Assembly (NCBI RefSeq): GCF_009914755.1
Contig: NC_060933.1
Reading direction: 5' to 3' (one strand)
Length of the DNA: 64,000 nucleotides
Source of the DNA: the human T2T-CHM13v2.0 reference genome, Homo sapiens
Part shown: positions 55,342-64,000 of the stretch, piece after piece
How positions within the stretch are numbered: the stretch's first letter is position 1
How the letters are laid out: every line of letters begins with the position of its first letter
The notes under the pieces: model-generated
What the model was told of the DNA's origin: nothing
Seen by the model: the letters and a program-made list of their open reading frames with translations, nothing else
Databases searched by the model: none
Translations under genes and position numbers: made by a program

Positions 55342-55787
55342 TATATCCCAATTCTTTACATTTAAGTGGACCTGTTATTATAGGATAAAAGGCTATCAGA
55401 GGACATTTGGCATCAATTTTCTGTCTACTTTTACATAGAGAGTATTCTACTTTAGTATTTTATTCAGGTACTTATATAAATCTATCTTTTAAAATATGTG
55501 AAATATGGGAAGCCTAATTTTAAATTTCTTTTCTTATAAAAAGTATAGAAAATTTTTTACAAAAATTATAGAAAATGTACAGAAACTAACATTTCAATGA
55601 TTGAAAGTGTCAACTTAGTATAGGCAAAAGAGCATTGGGCTTTGAATTTTGAAAAAGTAGATTTTAATTGCCACCTCAGGAACTTTGTTTAAATAATTTC
55701 TTCAAAGCTCAGCTTTGGGATCTGTATGATGGAGTTATATTCATGTCTCAAAAATGTTTTATCATGCCAATATTGTGTGTGTATTTT

Positions 55788-55796
55788 ATATATATG

Positions 55797-55835
<39 letters not shown>
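55788..55835. repeat. (TA)/(TG)n microsatellite
   Basis: Directly visible. Confidence 0.9.
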
Positions 55836-55990
55836 AATACTGGTATAAACCCTTTGGAATGTTAAAAGCATTATACAAATGTTGGTCATTATTAGAGATG
55901 AATTTACAAAGTAAATGAATATTAAGGCCGAATATTCATGACAGATAAAACAAACCTAAGGTCAAATCTGTTAGGATTGTTCCTGCTTAA

Positions 55991-56092
55991 TTTTCTCCTT
56001 TCCTCCTTCCCTCCCTCCTTCCCTCCTTCCCTTCTACCTTCCTTTATTCCCTCCTTCCCTCTTACCCTTTTTCTTTCCTTTCTTCCTCCTCT
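55991..56092. repeat. Polypyrimidine (CCTT/CCCT)n low-complexity tract
   Basis: About 100 nt made almost entirely of C and T. Confidence 0.9.
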
Positions 56093-57884
56093 GCTTAGTT
56101 GGACAATAAGAGAGTGAAAGAGCAAGCTATCCAGGAAACACTAAGCTTGAAATTCTTACCAGGAGCTAGACAGCCTTCCCACAGATGGAGGCATTATGGT
56201 TATCGACATTCATTTCTCCCTTCTCTCGGGACTCATGAACTGGCTAGATGTCCTCTAATTTCTACCCTGGACACTAAACGGCCTGGGTATACTTCCAGCA
56301 TGTGATTATGCCTTCCCCCAGGGATCTGCAGTATCAGACACCCACTCCGATTCTCCCTGCTACGGCAGGAGTGCACTGCAATCACCGGCAAATTTGTAGG
56401 TCAATGAGTTGAAAATTGGTTGTCTTTAAGTTTCTGATTTTTAAATACGTTTTGTACAAATTGGTTCAAATGGAAAATAGGTTGGGATGGGAAAAAAATG
56501 AGAGCCGCCACCTTGCATTAATATACACAATATTGCTATTTATTTTTAGTTTCTGGATTAATGTAGCACTGACATGGCTCCTATCTCTGTCAATAAGAAA
56601 AGGATAATAAAATGAATAAATGCAAACCAAATAATTTGCAAGCTGCATGATAAGTGTGATTTTTCAAGTTAAAAAAAAATGATCTTCATCTGGGAACAAA
56701 CTTACTTAAAGATTTTAAAAGCGAATTTCAGCTCAGCTGCTGGGGTTTGTTTGAAATCTACCACTGACTGAGGTGTGAAACTTACATTTGATGTAGTAAA
56801 TCTTGTCGACTGTTATTTTAAAGGACTGAAATGTGCTTTTATAGCAAAATTGTCTCAAATAAAAAATACATTTTTACAGTCTCACTCTGTCATAAACTTT
56901 CATGTCAGGTTTTAGCTTCACAATATATGCGGAGGATGCATTATACAGGAATAGGAAGGAGGCATGCATAATAAGTTGTTGTAGTTTCCATTGAGATAGA
57001 GAGAGGAATGTCCTATAGCTTTCCTGTGATCAAAATATTAAATATTACATAGTTGATCAGAAATGACCAATATGCTTATCTTGAGTTGTCAGACTGTTAT
57101 TGCTGCAGAATAGCTATTTTATATTCTATAATTACATATCTAAGGATTTCTATGAAACGGGTTATAATTTCTTTTACCATATTTCTTGACAGAAATTTTT
57201 AAAACTCCAGGACAAAATTTCATAAGAAAAGGATACCTAATTTATATCATCCTCATGCTAACATTTAAAAAATTAGGTTTTCTGGAAAATGTTTTAAAGA
57301 AATAGTGTTGTAATTAACTGTAGCTCTCTCACTGTTACAGGTACTACTATCTCAGGTCTGAAACCACTTTAACAGATTGTATTTGTATGAATAAAATGTA
57401 TTCTAGAGTGGGTGTGTGAGAGTGTAAAGATGCAGTTTTGAAATGACTTCAGATCACTAACATTTATTAATCATTGGCATATCAGATACTAATAGATTAT
57501 TGGCAAAATGCAGGTCAATAGATATTAATGACAGAGAACAAATTGACAGGCAATTTTTATCCTGTTGGGCATTTTTTTTTTTTTAGTGCACAGAAGTTTG
57601 TTTTATTAGTGACTTTAGACATTGTGGCACTCAAGAAAGGCGTTTAAAAAATCTGTGAAAAACAATTACAAGACATTGCTTATTGTTGCAAAAAACCCAC
57701 CAAAATAATAATAAAATTAAAAATATATCGTTAGTCCTCAGCCTTTTAGAGCTTCAGAATAAAGATATAATGCTCATAATATCTCTTCTCTTACATTGTC
57801 ACTACAAAGTGCTCTTAGGGACATTCAAGCAGGATAAGGAATGTGAAGGTGCTTTAGAAGTTAAAAATACAAAACACTGACTCT

Positions 57885-58095
57885 TGTGCCTATCGTTGTG
57901 TTTGGTACTCTTTACAATTATGGATTCATTGACTCTTGGAACAACTTCATGTGGTTATCTGAGCTAGGCATGAGGGCCTAAATGTGGGTTGTGATGATTG
58001 TCGCTTGATGTGTAGGTCTACTCTCCTGAAGCATGATAGAGCTTGGCTTTTAATCTAGGCTGTTATGATAAACTCAGGGCACTTTTCCATTATAA
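57885..58095 (-). mobile_element. MIR (degraded)
   Basis: CTTTACAAT...TTCATTGACTCT...ACAACTTCATG and GATAGAGCTTGG...AATCTAGGCTG...CTTTTCCATTATA. Confidence 0.45.
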
Positions 58096-58138
58096 AAATT
58101 CTAAGAAGATTCTAGCATTTCTAATATATTGTGTAATG

Positions 58139-58436
58139 GGCTGGGCATGGTGGCTCATGCCTATAATTCCACACTTTGGGAAGCTGGAGTGGGTAGATCA
58201 CCTGAGGTTGGGAGTTTGAGACCAGCCTGGCCAACATGGTGAGACTCTGCCTCTAGTAAAAATACAAAAATTAACTGGGCATGGTGGCACACACCTGTAA
58301 TCTCAGCTACTCGGGAGGCTGAGGCAGAAGAATTGCTTAAACTCAGGAGGCAGAAGTTGCAGTGAGCCAAGATCACGCCACCACGCTCCAGCCTGGGTGA
58401 CAGAGTGAGACTCTGTCTCCAAAAAAAAAAAAAAAA
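58139..58436 (+). mobile_element. Alu (AluSx/Sz-like)
   Basis: Dimeric Alu with an A16 tail; degraded TSD ATTGTGTAATG / ATTTTGCAATG. Confidence 0.92.
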
Positions 58437-58904
58437 TTTTGCAATGAATCATTTGATTGAGAAGTATTAGTTTAATACCGAATGCTGTTGGATTATCAAT
58501 AAGGTGGTCCTTTCCAGTAAGGAATTTGTACTAATGAGAGAAATAAGATAGAAAAAAAAAAGAATAAATAGTTCTTGTGATTTAGGGAGGAAAAACTCTT
58601 TGTGAAGAGACACAAAAGCTCTTGTGAATAGAAAATAATTCTTGTGATTTACCTACGTTATTATTTAGGAAAGTAGTAAAGTTAGTTATTTCTAATATAA
58701 GCAAACTCACAAGAGTTCGGTTTAAATGCTGCTAAATTCAACTTGACAAAAATATTGAGACATTTCTTATGTGTGTGAACAGCAAGAATCTGAAAGCATG
58801 ATTCCAGCAGTTACACTCCGAAACCATCAGCCCATATGTAACGAAGACTCTTAATCAATTTAGCCAAAATGGTAACTAGAAATAAAAGGCCAGCAAGATT
58901 TCAT

Positions 58905-59030
58905 TTAAATTCAGTCTGACTCAACAAATATTTATTGAGCTCTTATTTAGAATAAGCCTTTGTTTCAGGGACTATAAATATATAGTTAATAAAAAATGAT
59001 TCTAGCTCACACTGACCTTGCAATCAAGTT
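58905..59030 (-). mobile_element. L2 3' end fragment
   Basis: TCAACAAATATTTATTGAGC hallmark. Confidence 0.65.
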
Positions 59031-59092
59031 ATATCCTAATTTCTTAGGAATCTGGCACTGGCTCATATATATCTATTGCTTTAATTTCTACA

Positions 59093-59165
59093 AACTTGCT
59101 TCCCTAAGTGTGGTCCATGGACTAGCAGTATTGGCTTTACCTGGGAGCTTATTAAAAATGTAGCA
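59093..59165. mobile_element. MER5A hAT fragment
   Basis: AAGTGTGGTCCATGGACTAGCAGTATTGGC...ACCTGGGAGCTTATTAAAAATG. Confidence 0.65.
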
Positions 59166-59167
59166 TC

Positions 59168-60084
59168 GAAAATGGAAAATTATCAAAAAAAATTATAAGT
59201 AAATTTCCAGAGTTGAAGAGCACACATCTTCAGATTGGAAGCGCCTATTGTGTGCCAAACAAATAAATAAAACCAAAACAACAGCCAAAACTTTACATCT
59301 ATCAAGAAATCTAAAAAGAGAGATATTCTCAGAGGCTTTTGGTAGAAGAAAAACAATTATCATTAATAATAACAAATTGACCAAATATAATGAAATAGAA
59401 TCCAACTACCATCAGGTTTTCTAATAAAAATATTGGATGTTATAAAATATGAGAAGCAATTGTTTTATTGTCTTAGGGAAGTATTTTCAACCCAGAATTC
59501 TATACACAGGCAAATTATCAATGGAGTGTGAGGCGAAAATAAATTCATTTTTAGGTATACAAGTTCACAAGAATTTGCCTCTCTTCACCTTCCTTTTTGA
59601 AAGCTACCATAGGATACATCTCAGCAAAACAAGGGAGGAAACAAAAAACAAGAACATGAGAGCCAACAAAATGAGGATCCAAAAAATAAGCAATGGAGCT
59701 CCAGTCTGACTACTGTACAGGATGCCAGATACCTAGGAAGGAGTCAGTGAGCAAGAGGATGGAGAGCCACAGTGCGAAGGTCTTCCTACAACAATCATGC
59801 ACACAAGGAATTCTGTCTGGTCAAGTGGATAATTTGCTAATAGGCAAATTGATAAATTTACCAAATTTATTGAAAGATCTGTTGGAACATTCTTAAAAAA
59901 TTAATGACTCCAAAGAAAACTGGGAAAATAATGGAAAAAAGGCAATTCTTAATTGCTTTTCTTATATGTGGAGAAAATGTAAGCAAGAAGGAATTCAGTC
60001 ATTCCAAGTTATATTAAATAGTATAAACCCTGACTTTCATTTAAAAAATAACATTATAACTACATTGAGAGGATGCGGTGAAGG

Positions 60085-60125
<41 letters not shown>

Positions 60126-60443
60126 ATGTACACGTGCATGTGTGTGTCTGAGGCACGGTGGATTTAATTACTGTAATAAAAATAAACTAATATCTAAAAT
60201 TGATGATGGAAGAAATAGTAATTATTAGCCAATAATAATAGCCAATTAGCCAATTATTTTAAAATATTGAGATAGATATAAAAATAAACAGCAAAAAGAA
60301 TTAAAACATTTTTGGGGAGGAGGAGTTTGATGAACAGAAAAAAAGTAGGGGGGTACTATTTATGTTATAAACTTTTAGAAAATACATGGAAATTATGCGC
60401 ATGATTGCTGTAATATAAAATAAAAAATAAATTTAAAAATAAA
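59168..60443 (+). mobile_element. HAL1 (half-L1, ORF1-only non-autonomous element)
   Basis: ORF1p-like FQPRILYTGKLSMECEAKINSF (compare L1 ORF1p FQPRISYPAKLSF), followed not by ORF2 but by a UTR and an A-rich tail at 60415-60443. Confidence 0.7.
60089..60147. repeat. (TG)n microsatellite
   Basis: About 17 perfect TG units plus a degenerate extension. Confidence 0.95.
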
Positions 60444-60805
60444 CATAAACTACTCCCAGGAGTAATATTTTTATCTACTAATATAAATGTAGATCATGTT
60501 TATGCTACGCCTGATTTTGAGAAAAAATACGTTTCATGTGCTTAAGAAAATGATGCTGCTTCATATTTTTATTTTTTGTAAATGAAATTTTAAAAGTAGA
60601 AGAATTTTGTTGTATCACAATAAAGTGGGTAAAGAATTTGGTACAGGGTTTGAATGTATGCCACCCATCCAGATTATCCATCTGTAATCTGGTTATACAT
60701 TGTCCAGATTTTAAAGAATTTGCTGAACATATTAGTTGAATTTGTAAATGATCTTAACTAAACATTATGTATTTTAATTTATAACAAACCAGCCCTGAAA
60801 GTATC

Positions 60806-60836
60806 TGTGTGTCTGTGTGTGTGTGTGTGTGTGTGT
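60806..60836. repeat. (TG)n microsatellite
   Basis: Directly visible. Confidence 0.9.
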
Positions 60837-63800
60837 AAGTGAGCACATATGCACACACCATATATAACGGGGGAGTGAGGAGAGGCTGACTGTGACAAGC
60901 CACATAACTTTCCTGTATTCCAAGGACTGCTACTGATGCTTTTGATCACTAGGGCTTATGGATGGACTGTGTTCCACTCCATAGCATTGTTTACTTTGGG
61001 GCAATGCATTATCAGAGGAAACTGTTTCTTTGTATTATTACATTTGTGCAGTGGCTCTTCTCTTTCAAGGTTTTACCAATTACACTGACAGCATTTCTGC
61101 ATCATTTCTATTTTCTTTCTCTTTGTTCTCACTCCAAGTGGTTCATGGCTGGCTTCGGTCAATCCAGCCTATTTCTGACCTGTCATTCAGAGTAGCAGCC
61201 ACGGGGGAGAGGACCTGCACATCAGTACACAAAGAGCCTAATTTAAATCCTGTCTATCCTGATTCAGGGGTCCACTTTGAATTCACCTCTTAATCATGAC
61301 ACAGAGCACTTCATCTACCTCACAAGATTTCTTCTTAATTCTTTTGTTAAGTGCCTTTAGTTACTTTGTGTTCCTAGTCTTGTTTGTTTGAATACGATTT
61401 GACCTTGCAATTATTTTTTTTTCTTTTAGTGCATCACATGCTACAGCACCAAGAAAATGGCTGCTGAGTGTCTAGTGCTCCGGAAACATTTAGAGGTCAA
61501 TGCCTCTCTAAAATACAGCACCCATTACATTGACTTGCAAGATAGATGAGCTATGAAAACAAAGTATATTCACAAATGGTCTCTGTGGGGATAGCTTATT
61601 TTATGCTATGGGAAAGGAGGGTACTGGTATGTTGAAGATGACTATATAATGGGTACGCAGTTCCCTTTGGAGTTGAGGAGAAATGTGGAATCAGTTAACA
61701 GTTCATTAATATGCTTAGAAAATGCCAATATCAGCTTTAATTAAAAACTAGACAACCAGCTTATTTTAAAAAAAAAAACAACCTAGTCACAGTAATAGCA
61801 AGTTTCTTTGTTTTGCCTACTACAAGCTCCAAGTCCTTGCTGACTGATTGGATAGTAACACTTACCAATATTAACGTAGTTCAATCCAATTTACTAAATA
61901 ATGGTGTGTCAGTTAATTCTGCCAACTAATGCACTTGCTATAAAAATTGGACTACAATTCAGATACTATCTTGGAGGAGTCATAGCCTGGCAAAAGTAAT
62001 AAAAATATTACTGACATATGTGACATGCAGGACAAGAAACTCTGAGTCCCAGAGGAACATCTTTCTCTACTTGGAGTTAATATGCTTTCAGATGTGTATG
62101 AAAAAGTTTTTATTTTGAAATCTTTTAAAATATCTTTTCCATTGCATCTCTTTTCTCCATTTTTTAGTGACTTGGGATTGCAGAATTATTTGGCTTGCTG
62201 AGTCAGTGGAAATGGGCATACTAATTCGTTTTTGTAAATGAATTTTCTGCATTCAAGCCTGCTGGGTCAAGGTGCTGGGTCTCCCCTCAGGAGTTTCCTA
62301 CAATCCATATGCACTGAGCTTCACTCTCTAATCATGAATGTTCCCCTATCCTGTTCTTCCAGAGTTGGCATTGCTCAGAAAAGCACCATTGCTTTATATT
62401 TTCTTCTTGAGCATCAGAATTGGCAAGAGTAGCCTCTAATGCAATTGTTAGTCCCTGAGTGCCAATGGGTAAACCTCTCCAAAGCCTTTTAAATTAATCG
62501 AGAAGACAAAATGCTAGTAAGTCAATATTCTGAACAAGCAAGGGAAATTTGTATACTAAGCATCCTTCAATCTGCAAAACTGGGTCTAACAAGTAGAACA
62601 TTAGCAGGAAATGTGGCTTGGTTTGAAGGTAATATTGGATGACATGGTTGGTATGACCAAGTCACAATGAAATATAATCAAAAGAAAGTTGTTGAAAATT
62701 GTTTCTCTACTTCACTTTGGTGGAACACCATTGTACAGAGCACATTCAAAATTAAGAACCTTGTGTGTATTTAGCTTAATTAAATATTTAATCAAATGTC
62801 ATCTACCTATTATTTCCACTCTACAATTTTCCATAACACCTGGAAGAGTTAGCTAATTTTTAACATTTCTGTTGACTTTCTCAAAATTGAACATTATTGT
62901 TTTATGCTTCTATCTCTGGTTGTCACAGAATGTCTCCCTCTCTCATCACCTTCAGCTTTGTAGGAAAATCCAACTGGAATTAGTAATCACTCACAGCATT
63001 TAAAAACTCGGCTGACCTGAATGAGATGCTCAGGAAATATCCAAGTTGAAAAATAAAATTGCTATGCATTGTTGTGATTTTCACATATTTCCACTTCACT
63101 CCTGGCAACTATTTCTCATTCTTAATCAGAAGGAAAATGTGAGCAGATATGTAAGACAGTGGAACAGGGACCAGGCACTAGGTAGAGGCCATTTAATTAA
63201 AAAGCGTAAAATAAATAGACTGTAAAATTCAGCTAGTCTTGTACAAAAACAGTCTGCTTGGCAGAACTCAGTGATGATTTAGATTAACATGTAAATTTCT
63301 GGAAAAGAGAAATCAGCTATGGGTCTTATTAGCTTTGTTTTTACTTTTAATATTTTTAGGTTCTACATTACAAGTTAAGTAAAATTTTTTAAAAGGAGGA
63401 AAGGAAGAAAGAGAGAACAGTAAGAAATAAGTCAGTCATATGAGTGAATTATGGCAGATTGCAATCAAAGAATCTTATTCTGGTTGGCTTGTCTAGTATT
63501 AAATAGATAACAGCATATTTTTCCATAATATGTCAAATTGCTTCAATAGTGATTAGGACTACGAAATGTCTGGGCTGTGGCTTCAAAATAGTTTGAGTCA
63601 GATTTATAATAACAAAGAAGCAATGTCCTGGAGAGGAATTTTGTTGTTTGCTAGGGGGCACTGTGAGGCTGTCTTTGCCTTGTTTGCTCTTTTGAGTTGT
63701 TAGTGGTTGGTCCATTTTAATTATCTGTGTTTCTGTGAAAGATGAAGTATTACATTGTTAATTACGGAGTTTTCAGCTTCATAATGGATTTTGTCTAACT

Positions 63801-64000
63801 ACTTTTGACTCTGCATGTTGCCTGTGCCCTTCACATTCTAGGTTTTCTGGAGGGATTTGGGTAAATTGGAAACAATAGATTATCATGGAAGTGTAATGTA
63901 GAAAATAACTAAATCCTGCCTCCACAATGAAGAATATACTTAGTTTTCCCCTAAAATAGCTAGGCCTAAGAACAGCACAACATTTGGAGTTGAGTCTTTG

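Noticed and set aside
56356-56369. CCTGC-TACG-GCAGG hairpin with a C(UACG)G tetraloop
   Set aside because: The stem is only about 5 bp and there is no surrounding ncRNA structure or promoter; consistent with chance.

Overview
Human non-coding genomic DNA: AT-rich, CpG-poor and dominated by interspersed repeats. The species call rests on an L1HS pre-Ta insertion and on primate Alu, THE1 and L1PA elements. I can support no intact protein-coding gene, RNA gene or CpG island; the ORFs with recognisable homology are L1, Alu or HAL1 fragments, and the rest look like microsatellite or chance frames. Roughly 40-45% of the window is LINE-1-derived: a full-length L1PA16/17-like copy, an internally deleted L1PA10-like copy, a doubly deleted L1MB, a near-full-length L1MA8/9, two twin-primed 5'-inverted L1s and a HAL1. 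There are also 10 Alus, several solo MaLR/ERVL LTRs and MER DNA-transposon fossils. Subfamily names come from recalled consensus sequences and need RepeatMasker/Dfam confirmation. I found no evidence of a new biological system. The most notable structures are: (i) a young, possibly polymorphic twin-primed L1HS pre-Ta with a perfect 16-bp TSD; (ii) a ~128-bp inverted, locally templated insertion inside an L1 3'UTR, whose donor sits in the spacer of a second, older inverted repeat; (iii) a 47-bp direct repeat bracketing an old inverted L1 plus ~325 bp of unique DNA, possibly an ancient 3' transduction; (iv) an 8-unit ~113-bp monomer array in an L1 5'UTR; (v) an L1 promoter fused directly to the RT core.
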